Assembly (NCBI GenBank): GCA_012514635.1
Contig: JAAYZX010000072.1
Span: 4,095 to 68,094, forward strand
Source of the DNA: Actinomycetota bacterium
Lineage (GTDB): Bacteria > Actinomycetota > Thermoleophilia > RBG-16-64-13
Direction of reading: 5' to 3'
Length of the DNA: 64,000 bases
Below the pieces are notes generated by a model, which worked only from the letters and a program-made list of their open reading frames with translations, was not told the DNA's origin and made no database searches. Position numbers and translations under genes: made by a program. This document shows positions 9,613 to 17,222 of the stretch, one piece after another (position 1 is the first letter of the stretch; each line of letters starts with the position of its first letter).

Positions 9613-9960
9613 TTAAGCTGTCAACGGGTGGAAGATGGCGGTTCTTCCTCTGGTATGCGCGGCTGCCTCGTCGCCGTCCGCCCGTGCGGCTGCCAGCCGC
9701 ACGGCCAGCTCTCTCCCGTCCATCTCCGGCATAATGACATCGGTCAGCAGAAGGTGGATGGGGTCGGAGCGTCCTGCAATGCAAGTTCAGTATTGCCAAG
9801 AATACTCTGCAGCATGTTGTTGAAGTCGTGTGCCACGCCTCCGGCCAGCAGACCAACTGCTTCCATGCGCTGAGCTTGGAGCAACTGCCTCTCCAGCTTT
9901 TGGTGCTCCTCCGGCGGAACAAAGTTGCGCAGATAGTCCGCCCCCTATCCGTTTAGAGAT
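9613..9960 (-). pseudogene. Decayed hybrid histidine-kinase remnant: HisKA phosphoacceptor fragment and receiver-domain fragment in different frames, HATPase domain missing
   Basis: One minus-strand frame reads ...[56 protein letters not shown], preceded by an in-frame TAG. An adjacent frame reads [25 protein letters not shown], a REC domain around the phospho-Asp, then a stop. No intact ORF spans them. Confidence 0.5.
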
Positions 9961-10008
9961 CTTCTCGGATGAGAAAGCCGGTGTCGCTGTTTCCGCTGCG
10001 TACGCGTC

Positions 10009-11298
10009 TTAGACCCAACCTCGATCTTTGCAGGCACGAGCCACACGATCTACGGCGATGACATATGCGGCATCCCGCAACGATAGGTTACGGGACTTGG
10101 CCAGTTCATTCACCGTCCGAAAGGCGGTGGTCATATGGGTGTCCAATCTGCTCAGAACTACGTCGTGGGGCCAGAAGAAGTTCATGTTGCTCTGCACCTG
10201 TTCGAAGTAGCTGCAGGTTACCCCACCGGCGTTGGCCAAGAAGTCCGGGATGGTCACTATGCCGCGGGCGGCCAGTTGTTCGTCGGCTTCCGGGGCGGTG
10301 GGACCGTTGGCACCTTCGATGATGAATCGTACTCTTTGCGAAATGTGTCCCACGGCATTGGCCGTTATCTGATTCTCCATGGCGGCGGGGATAAGGATGT
10401 CTACATCGTCGGCCAACCATTCCGAGCCGGGGATGGGTTCGTAGCCCAGCTTTTCTGCCTTTGCGAAGTCTATACCACCGAAACGATCCGTGATGTTACG
10501 CAGCTCTGCTAGGTCGATGCCTTCTTTTCGGCGCAACGCGAACGCGCTGCATGCCTTCTGGTCCCAGCAGGAGATGGTGGTGACTTTACCTCCCATCATC
10601 TGGTACAGCTCGATGGCGTGCTGAGCCACGTTGCCGAAGCCCTGTACGGCGGCGGACGTATCGGCGATGCTTAGATCGTGCTCCTTGAGAGCCTCGCGTA
10701 GCACGTAGATGATCCCGTAACCTGTTGCCTCCGTTCGACCCAAAGAACCGCCCAATCCAACAGGCTTACCGGTGATGAAGCCTGGATAACGTCCACCGTG
10801 AATGACCTCGTATTCATCGAGCATCCAGAGCATGTGCTGTGAGTCGGTCATGACGTCTGGAGCGGGTACGTCGCACACGGGGCCGATGTCTTTGGCCAAC
10901 TGGCGAATCCAACCCCGACAGATACTTTCTTGTTCGCGGGAGCTCAGATGGTGGGGATCGCAGATCACGCCGCCTTTGGCCCCGCCCAAAGGGATGCCGA
11001 CGACGCTGCACTTCCACGTCATCCACATGGATAACGCTCGGATGGTATCCACGGTTTCTTGGGGATGGAAGCGAATGCCACCCTTGCAGGGTCCTAGCGC
11101 GTCGTTGTGTTGGACACGGAAACCGCGAAACACCTTCGTCTGACCGTCATCCATACGGATGGGAATACTCACGTGGTACTCTCGCATAGGTTGCCGAAGG
11201 AGAGACCTAGTGGCCTCGTCCAGCTGCAGGAGATTGGCGATGCGGTCAAATTGTTGCTGAGCTGTTGTGAAGGGGTTGAACGCGGTGCCACTACTCAT
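10009..11298 (-). CDS. gdhA: Glutamate dehydrogenase (Glu/Leu/Phe/Val dehydrogenase family)
   Basis: Catalytic motif GPCKGGIRFHP, dinucleotide-binding GFGNVAQHA, and full-length 429 aa. Confidence 0.9.
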   Translation of the reverse strand: MSSGTAFNPFTTAQQQFDRIANLLQLDEATRSLLRQPMREYHVSIPIRMDDGQTKVFRGFRVQHNDALGPCKGGIRFHPQETVDTIRALSMWMTWKCSVVGIPLGGAKGGVICDPHHLSSREQESICRGWIRQLAKDIGPVCDVPAPDVMTDSQHMLWMLDEYEVIHGGRYPGFITGKPVGLGGSLGRTEATGYGIIYVLREALKEHDLSIADTSAAVQGFGNVAQHAIELYQMMGGKVTTISCWDQKACSAFALRRKEGIDLAELRNITDRFGGIDFAKAEKLGYEPIPGSEWLADDVDILIPAAMENQITANAVGHISQRVRFIIEGANGPTAPEADEQLAARGIVTIPDFLANAGGVTCSYFEQVQSNMNFFWPHDVVLSRLDTHMTTAFRTVNELAKSRNLSLRDAAYVIAVDRVARACKDRGWV

Positions 11299-11463
11299 CT
11301 GTCTGTCCTTCTTCTGGTTCGAGATCGAGACTCCAACGTATGCAGCGTATGCTTCCTACATACACCAAGCTTCGCTATGGTAGCAAGTGGCTGGAATGAA
11401 TCGGAGTGGGTGGTTGCATAACTTGCGAAGATGAGGTCCCGGTCCTAGGGAAAGGAGCAGGAC

Positions 11464-11931
11464 ATGGTCTACGAAATCGAAGAGAGGGAATTGGAGCCGG
11501 AGGTGCTCGCCTCGATCAGAAGCTGGGTCTCTATGGAGGAGATGGCGGAGAGGATGGGCAGGGACTTCGATCGCATAACGGCGGTACTTAGGGCTCAGGG
11601 TGTCGAGCCGGCGGGGCCTCCCCTTGCCTACTACCACGCCTGGACGGAGGATGCGGGGGACCTGGAAGTGGGATTTCCAGTAGAGCAGCCCTTTGTGGCG
11701 CGTGACGGGGTGGTCCGGAGTCAGCTGCCCGGCGGCAAAGCACTCTTCACTGTGTATATCGGCCAATACGATAAGATAGAGCCTGCCTACAACGCCATGC
11801 AGGCCTACGCAGTACAGAACGGACTGGATTTGGCGCCCTACATGTGGGAGCGGTACCTGACCAAGCCAGATGAGGAGCCCGATCTGAGTAAGCACGTGAC
11901 TCATGTGTACTGGCCTCTCGTAGAAGCCTGA
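11464..11931 (+). CDS. GyrI-like small-molecule-binding domain protein (AraC effector-binding fold)
   Basis: 155 aa with a domain composition typical of the GyrI-like fold (...LPGGKALFTVYIGQYDKIEPAYNAMQAYAVQNGLDLAPYMWERYLT). Strong RBS GGAGCAGG before the ATG. Confidence 0.6.
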   Translation: MVYEIEERELEPEVLASIRSWVSMEEMAERMGRDFDRITAVLRAQGVEPAGPPLAYYHAWTEDAGDLEVGFPVEQPFVARDGVVRSQLPGGKALFTVYIGQYDKIEPAYNAMQAYAVQNGLDLAPYMWERYLTKPDEEPDLSKHVTHVYWPLVEA

Positions 11932-11941
11932 GAGAGGTTCC

Positions 11942-12265
11942 ATGGATCTCCAGTACATCAAGCATTATATTGCGGCCCTCCCCGCGATGGCTCAGCCCCA
12001 TCAGGAAAAGATTAGAGGCCGAGACGGAACCATCAAGCTGGCAGTGGGAGAAGCCGGTACTTATATGGTCACCCTTCGTGACGGTGTTGTTGCCACGGAG
12101 GAAGGAGATGGTTCGGCCGACGTGACTGTGCGGATGTCTCCGCAGGACTTCACCAAGCTGACTAACGGCACGCTGAACGTGTTGGCGGCGGCGGCGCTGG
12201 GACGGATCAGGTTTGAGGGCGACATGAGCCTTCTGATTCAGTTGCGCGCAGCCTTCGAGGGTTAA
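11942..12265 (+). CDS. SCP2 sterol-carrier-like domain protein
   Basis: 107 aa ending ...LNVLAAAALGRIRFEGDMSLLIQLRAAFEG, the typical SCP2 C-terminal motif. Confidence 0.65.
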   Translation: MDLQYIKHYIAALPAMAQPHQEKIRGRDGTIKLAVGEAGTYMVTLRDGVVATEEGDGSADVTVRMSPQDFTKLTNGTLNVLAAAALGRIRFEGDMSLLIQLRAAFEG

Positions 12266-12512
12266 CAACGTCGGAAACGCGTGGTACAACAGCCGGCCCG
12301 TGTCGCTGATTCCAACGGCACGGGTGACGGCCCGAGCAATCGGATTCAGCGTGACACCAACCTGTCCGGCCGGGCCTGCGGTCACGGAGCCTACAGCACC
12401 GGAGGCAGTGGTTCCGGCCTCGAGTGAGCGAAACAAGTGAGGTACGGCGGGCCGCGCCTGCCGCGCTGCGCTGCACGATAAGCAGACGACAGAACAACTG
12501 GGAGGTACAGTA

Positions 12513-13958
12513 GTGGCGGATCTCAGTACCAGCTTTTGTGGGTTGCGGGTAAAAAACCCGGTGGGTGTGACTTCGTGCGACTTTGGCGGCTCGGCGCGAC
12601 TGGCTGCGCGGGTGGCGGAGCAGGGCATCGGTTGGTTGATTGGTAAGACCGTGCACCGTATTGATGGGCCGCATCGCTGGCCGCGCCCCCACTTCTACTC
12701 TTTACGACGCTTCGGTCGTGAGTTGGATGATGCGTTCGTATCCAGTCAGATGTTTCATCATCTTCCCTATGAACGTTGGTTGACGGAAGAGCTTCCGGCT
12801 ACTCTAGAGGTCTGCCGGCAGCACGACATGCTTTTTATCGGCTCTTGTTGCGGCATCGGGGACGACCCCGACACCTGGATTCCCTTCCTGCGCGATATGG
12901 CTGCGGCCGGTGTGCCTGCCGTGGAGCTCGATACCGGCGGTCCTCACGCCACTTTCGGAGCCGTTGCCGCGCATAAGAATGTCGGCGCTCCTTTGGCCAT
13001 GGATCCGGACACGGCCTACCGGGTGACGCTTGCCTGCACACGTGCTGTTGACATTCCCATCATCTTCAAGATGACCCCCCAGTGCGTGAACATGGCCGGC
13101 GTGGCTCTGGCAGTGGAACGTGCAGGAGCGGCGGCCATATCGGCTAACAATGCCTTCTACGGTGTGTGGATCGATACGGAGACGGGCAGTTTTTATGGGG
13201 TGCCCGCAGCCATGGGAGGGCTAATGGGGCGGCCGTGGCAGCTGTTCTCCCTCGCGAAGATTCTCGAGATAACGGCTACAGTTGATCTGCCGGTGATCGG
13301 TAGTGGCGGGGTATTCACAGCCGATGATGTGGTGCGACACTTGATGGGGGGCTGCTCGCTGGTAGGGATGTGCTCGGCAGTATATGCTCGAGGTGTCGGT
13401 GTACTGCGTGGAGCCGTGAAGGGGTTGAGTGCTTGGCTGGACGCACGAGACCACGCCGGCGTGGCTGCCATCCGGAGGCAGGTCGTCAATGACCTCACGT
13501 ATTTGCGTGATTGGCCTCGCGAGTCGCAGATGGCCGACGATACTCCGCTGCTCCCGGTGATAGATACCGACCGCTGCACAGGTTGCGGACGTTGCGCGCG
13601 GCTCTGTCCTTACGGCGCCTTGGAAATAAGTACGTCCGCCGCTACGGGTGGGGCATCGGATGCGCCGGAATCCACCGCAGCACCGGCTACTGTTGCACCG
13701 TCCACTGCCGTGGGCGCGGTGTTGGGGCCTATCTCGGTCGGCTCGGCGCCTGCACCCACTGCAGACGTTACAGTAGGCACGGCGGCTGCGGAAGCGCGGA
13801 CCGCCCGGAAATTGCCCAACCTCACCCGTGAGTTCTGTGCGGGGTGTGGCATGTGTGTGGGTCAGTGTCCCGAAGGTGCCATCCGGTTGGCGCACACGGC
13901 CACAGGGCGCACGGTCTGGGATGGTCACGGAGTCATCGCCGACTGGGTGGGATGGTGA
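12513..13958 (+). CDS. Dihydroorotate/dihydropyrimidine dehydrogenase-family flavoprotein with a C-terminal 2x[4Fe-4S] ferredoxin domain split by an Ala/Pro/Thr/Ser-rich linker
   Basis: TIM-barrel DHOD-like motifs (GSCCGIGDDPD, KMTPQ, GSGGVFTADDV). The C-terminus carries CTGCGRCARLCPYGA, then a ~70 aa low-complexity linker, then CAGCGMCVGQCPEGA. Confidence 0.75.
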   Translation: MADLSTSFCGLRVKNPVGVTSCDFGGSARLAARVAEQGIGWLIGKTVHRIDGPHRWPRPHFYSLRRFGRELDDAFVSSQMFHHLPYERWLTEELPATLEVCRQHDMLFIGSCCGIGDDPDTWIPFLRDMAAAGVPAVELDTGGPHATFGAVAAHKNVGAPLAMDPDTAYRVTLACTRAVDIPIIFKMTPQCVNMAGVALAVERAGAAAISANNAFYGVWIDTETGSFYGVPAAMGGLMGRPWQLFSLAKILEITATVDLPVIGSGGVFTADDVVRHLMGGCSLVGMCSAVYARGVGVLRGAVKGLSAWLDARDHAGVAAIRRQVVNDLTYLRDWPRESQMADDTPLLPVIDTDRCTGCGRCARLCPYGALEISTSAATGGASDAPESTAAPATVAPSTAVGAVLGPISVGSAPAPTADVTVGTAAAEARTARKLPNLTREFCAGCGMCVGQCPEGAIRLAHTATGRTVWDGHGVIADWVGW

Positions 13959-14068
13959 GCGCGCCCAATTCTAGGTAGTCGCTTGGGATTTGCCGGCTCG
14001 TCGGACTTAGCACATTTATCACATAGGCTGGTTGGGAGCAGGCCATGGGTTGCCTGCAGGTTGCTTGC

Positions 14069-14503
14069 CTAGAACGCTCCCAGTTGACAATGCGCGATCT
14101 TGATATCGAGGGCTTCACAGGCGGCGGCCACCGTCACCCTACTGACACCAAGTAAATCGGCGATCTCCCAGCACGATAGGCAATCAATCTTACCGTTGAC
14201 GGTCAGCTCCAGAAGGCGATCACGCAGGTCTTCAGATACCTCGTTGGCCGGCTGCACTATCGTTTTGTCGGGAAAGTAGCCAAAGAGACCCATCTGACAT
14301 TCCACGATGCGGTACTCGAGCAGATCGGCGGTTCTCCCTACCTCGGCGGGCGGGACCCCCAGTCTCTCGGCCACCTGGTGGGCGGCCTTGCAGGTGAGTC
14401 GCTTGTTCACCGTCTCTGGTTGGAGGGCGGTTGCGATGGCCTCATCTACTACCGTTCCGGCGGGATGTTTTGCCGCGTATTTGCTGGTATTTTCGCGTAT
14501 CAT
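14069..14503 (-). CDS. Hypothetical small protein with an internal duplication (two HTH-like modules each ending in a C-Q-[ML]-G-[LA]-F motif)
   Basis: Repeat 1: AAHQVAERLGVPPAEVGRTADLLEYRIVECQMGLFGY. Repeat 2: CWEIADLLGVSRVTVAAACEALDIKIAHCQLGAF. Family not recognised. Confidence 0.5.
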   Translation of the reverse strand: MIRENTSKYAAKHPAGTVVDEAIATALQPETVNKRLTCKAAHQVAERLGVPPAEVGRTADLLEYRIVECQMGLFGYFPDKTIVQPANEVSEDLRDRLLELTVNGKIDCLSCWEIADLLGVSRVTVAAACEALDIKIAHCQLGAF

Positions 14504-14571
14504 GACTTATCCTCTCGCAGCACCATGTAAGGGTTCGTCTCAGAGCTTACACCGGTTCTCCACATGCGAGG

Positions 14572-15039
14572 TCAGGTAAGTTGCTCCCGGGCCATTTCTG
14601 ACAGACGAAGAAGAGTCTTACCCCTGTCGGTCAGTACATCCGCCCAGGTCTGCAGGAGTTGGCGCCCGGATGGCTTGACGGTATACGTACGCCGAAGCGG
14701 CCCCGCAGTGCCCGTCTCCCAAGACGAGGTGATCATGCCCGCTTCCTCCAGCGAGCGCAGGATGCGGTATATGCTGCCCGGATCTATGTAGAACTGATCT
14801 CCTATCAGTTGCTCAACGCGCTCTACCAGCGCGTATCCGTGGCCCTTCTCTTCACACAGCGTGATCAGCAGAGCCGTTTCTATGAGGGAGCGCTTGTAGT
14901 CTCCCGGCCCGATGCCTGTTGCCGTTCCCGGCCCGGCTACGATAGGGGCGCTGGGGGGTGATGACGGGCATCGGGCGGGCGTGGCGTTGCCATGTCCTCG
15001 ACGTCGTCGTTGGTGTCCCCTTGGTGAACCCGGGCTCAT
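14572..15039 (-). CDS. PadR-family transcriptional regulator; the first ~45 aa are low-complexity and the true start may be internal
   Basis: Winged-helix PadR core LLITLCEEKGHGYALVERVEQLIG...DPGSIYRILRSLEEAGMITSSWE...RRTYTVKPSGRQLL. Confidence 0.75.
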   Translation of the reverse strand: MSPGSPRGHQRRRRGHGNATPARCPSSPPSAPIVAGPGTATGIGPGDYKRSLIETALLITLCEEKGHGYALVERVEQLIGDQFYIDPGSIYRILRSLEEAGMITSSWETGTAGPLRRTYTVKPSGRQLLQTWADVLTDRGKTLLRLSEMAREQLT

Positions 15040-15071
15040 GCAGTTCTCCCTATAATCAACTGCCTAAAGAA

Positions 15072-15096
15072 TGCGCACTGAAAATTGCGCACTGAA
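15072..15096. promoter_or_regulatory. Two 11-nt direct repeats TGCGCACTGAA spaced 14 nt apart (each containing the palindrome TGCGCA), 30-60 nt upstream of the PadR gene start
   Basis: aaTGCGCACTGAAaatTGCGCACTGAAgat read directly. Located in the PadR promoter region on the minus strand. Confidence 0.3.
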
Positions 15097-15103
15097 GATT
15101 GTA

Positions 15104-15145
15104 CAGCCAAGGACGGGCAAACGACAGCGCGCCCGTCCTTGGCTG
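15104..15145. terminator. Strong 14-bp stem hairpin between the DUF5320-like and PadR genes
   Basis: cagccaaggacggg / cccgtccttggctg with a 14-nt loop. A T5 run lies 8 nt downstream on the plus strand. Confidence 0.4.
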
Positions 15146-15226
15146 CTCCGTAAGTTTTTGGCTTGAGCGCCCCACCTATCGGTGATCTGCTCACCTCTGT
15201 TAGTGGCATGCCTACCAGCGGGCTGC

Positions 15227-15577
15227 CTATTTGGCGTCCGTTTCCAGATCGGCCAGACGCTTATTCACCTCATCCAAAGCCGTCTGTAGGAAGCTTGCCT
15301 GGTTTTTAAGGCCCTGTTTCTGTACCTCTGCATCGGGCGCTCCGTACGGATCAGCATAGCTGTGCGGAGGGACGAAACCAGCCGACCGCCTCCAACGAGG
15401 AAGACCGGTGGCGAAGAACATATTGCGCCATCCGCGACCCCCACCCCTGCCGAAGGCCCTTCCGAACATGGGGTTGGGATTGGCAAAACCGGGAGCCTCA
15501 CTACCGGCGCAGTAACCGGCTCCTCTACCTGTCATGGGACCTACACCGCTGGGTCCTGTTCCATCTCCTCTAGGCAT
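15227..15577 (-). CDS. DUF5320-like small protein (MPRGDGTGP N-terminal motif, Gly/Arg-rich middle, C-terminal coiled coil)
   Basis: MPRGDGTGPSGVGPMTGRGAGYCAG...FLQTALDEVNKRLADLETDAK. This resembles the conserved MPRGDGTGP family of small proteins, recalled from memory. Confidence 0.55.
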   Translation of the reverse strand: MPRGDGTGPSGVGPMTGRGAGYCAGSEAPGFANPNPMFGRAFGRGGGRGWRNMFFATGLPRWRRSAGFVPPHSYADPYGAPDAEVQKQGLKNQASFLQTALDEVNKRLADLETDAK

Positions 15578-15602
15578 TGTGTATCTCTCCTTTGCCTTGT
15601 GA

Positions 15603-15794
15603 TTAAGTGCTTCTCATCATCATGGAGCCGCATTTGGGGCACGGCCTCTCATTGCAGGGCTGTCCGGCAACATGGGCTGCCTTGTGGCCGCAGGCAGGGC
15701 AGACGCACTGTCCACCCGGACCGGCTGAGTAAGGCCCTCCCATCCTGCCCCCGCCCTTTTCGACAGGAGGTCCTGTCTTGTCGCCTCTGGGCAT
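15603..15794 (-). CDS. Small MPRGD-motif protein with a C4 zinc-ribbon; paralogous N-terminus to the preceding gene
   Basis: MPRGDKTGPPVEKGGG...CVCPACGH...CPKCGSMMM. It shares its first 9 residues almost exactly with 15227..15577. Confidence 0.5.
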   Translation of the reverse strand: MPRGDKTGPPVEKGGGRMGGPYSAGPGGQCVCPACGHKAAHVAGQPCNERPCPKCGSMMMRST

Positions 15795-15863
15795 TGTCTA
15801 CCTCGCTTTCGTCATTGTCGCGAGACAAGCGGTGCCACCTTGCAGCTATAGTCTACCATATAT

Positions 15864-15882
15864 TAGATGCGATCAGCATCTA
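15864..15882. promoter_or_regulatory. 19-bp perfect palindrome TAGATGC-GATCA-GCATCTA in the AT-rich divergent intergenic region; candidate operator
   Basis: Read directly in the sequence. Flanked by AT-rich stretches (tatattagatgcgatcagcatctagtgtcgataaaattatata). Confidence 0.35.
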
Positions 15883-16107
15883 GTGTCGATAAAATTATAT
15901 AGGGATCTTTGCAGGACGTCCGGCTCAACAACCCGGACTCCACACGCCTCCTGTTTCCGTCCCCAGGCTCGTCTATTATGTGAAGCTCGCAAGAGAATAG
16001 AACTTGGGCACCTCGCAACACGTGGATTCGTCACATATTGGGAGGATGATCCGGACACCTGGTACAGAGACGCATACCGAGAACTACGGAGGTCTTTCTT
16101 GATTGTT

Positions 16108-16461
16108 ATGCAACTCGTGGAACTGGCAGAGGAAGCATATGGTTCGCTGGGAGGTGATGAAATCTTAGCGGACTGCCCGTACGTTACCGCCCGTGGACGC
16201 ATCTCCTGTGGTCGTTGCCTGGAAGAGGCGCTCTATGGTATAGGACAAGCTCGGCTTGGTGCGCTGTGTGCGCGGAGGCACTGGGTGGAGACGGCGGCTG
16301 CGGTTTCGGGGAGCTTGAGTGATTCTTCAACTGCCTTCGTGGGGCTGCAATCCGTCTTCAGTATTCTACGGGAGCCTGAGGGGGGCGATTCGGATATCGA
16401 TTGCGGCGTAGACAGTCTGGTAGACCTTGTCTGGGAACTCGGCTTTCCGCGACGCGCATAG
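16108..16461 (+). CDS. Hypothetical Cys-containing acidic protein; start uncertain (TTG 16099 or ATG 16108)
   Basis: MQLVELAEEAYG...ADCPYVTARGRISCGRCLEEALYG...DSDIDCGVDSLVDLVWELGF. GGAGG lies upstream. The 5' part of track ORF 15778..16461 crosses the AT-rich intergenic region and is not credible as coding. Confidence 0.35.
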   Translation: MQLVELAEEAYGSLGGDEILADCPYVTARGRISCGRCLEEALYGIGQARLGALCARRHWVETAAAVSGSLSDSSTAFVGLQSVFSILREPEGGDSDIDCGVDSLVDLVWELGFPRRA

Positions 16462-16550
16462 TCGCCCCACGCGCGGCGTGAATGGTATACGCGTGGATGC
16501 TGGTCCTTGCAGGAGCGGTCATCGTTGGTGCAGTTTAGTGTTACTTCCCG

Positions 16551-17138
16551 TTGGGTATCTGCACGGCAAAAGGCGGTTCGGCCCTCATGGAGGGATCGGA
16601 CCGCGCGGTGCGTCAGGGGGGGAGTATGGTCTTTGGGGGAAAGACCCAGTTCGTCTGGCACATCCACGTGTCCCATGGTGGTGATCGCGAGCTCCTGGCT
16701 GTGGAGGTGGGGCCGCGTCAGGGGGGTGTCATGAACTGGCGGATGGCGGTGCCGAGCGAGGCGCACGTGGTTGACTGGGGAGTGGGACCTGCGGGCAACA
16801 AGGGAATGACGCGGCCTCGCCGAGCTCCATTCGAGGGCAAGAAGGCTCTGCTGGGCCAGGTGCCGGTCATGCTGTACGGCGCCGGCGATCGTCTTAGCGA
16901 GGGTCTTTGTGCCTACGTTGTGTTTCGGAAGGAGAATCTTCCCCCCTTTGTAGCTTTTGGGCAGGAGGATGTTGCGTCTCGTCCGCCTAAGTGCATGATG
17001 GAGCGCATTACCTTCGTCAAACCGGCGGAAGAGATGGCACCCACGGATGGTGAATCAAGTGGTACGGAACCATGCGCGGGGAATGCTGATACCCCTAACG
17101 GCGCGGGGGTGGAGAAGGCCACAGAAATGGGAAGCTGA
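16551..17138 (+). CDS. Hypothetical protein, no recognisable domain; start uncertain
   Basis: Non-repetitive composition (QFVWHIHVSHGGDRELLAVEVGPRQGGVMNWRMAVP...LPPFVAFGQEDVASRPPKCMMERITFVKP). Weak call. Confidence 0.3.
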   Translation: MGICTAKGGSALMEGSDRAVRQGGSMVFGGKTQFVWHIHVSHGGDRELLAVEVGPRQGGVMNWRMAVPSEAHVVDWGVGPAGNKGMTRPRRAPFEGKKALLGQVPVMLYGAGDRLSEGLCAYVVFRKENLPPFVAFGQEDVASRPPKCMMERITFVKPAEEMAPTDGESSGTEPCAGNADTPNGAGVEKATEMGS

Positions 17139-17222
17139 CCTTCGTTTACGGCCGCGGCGGTCTGTGCGGCCGTCGCTGCAACCACGGTTGCGGCCCTTGT
17201 GGTGGCCGCGACTACTCTCCGC

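Noticed and set aside
15778-16107. 5' two-thirds of track ORF 15778..16461
   Set aside because: It crosses the AT-rich divergent promoter and palindrome, and overlaps the start of the MPRGD gene. No in-frame ATG/GTG lies between 15960 and 16099, so the gene was trimmed to the ATG at 16108.
16233-16766. Minus-strand 177-aa ORF between the two plus-strand hypotheticals
   Set aside because: It overlaps two plus-strand ORFs, is Arg/Pro/His-rich with no motif, and has no RBS. Likely spurious.
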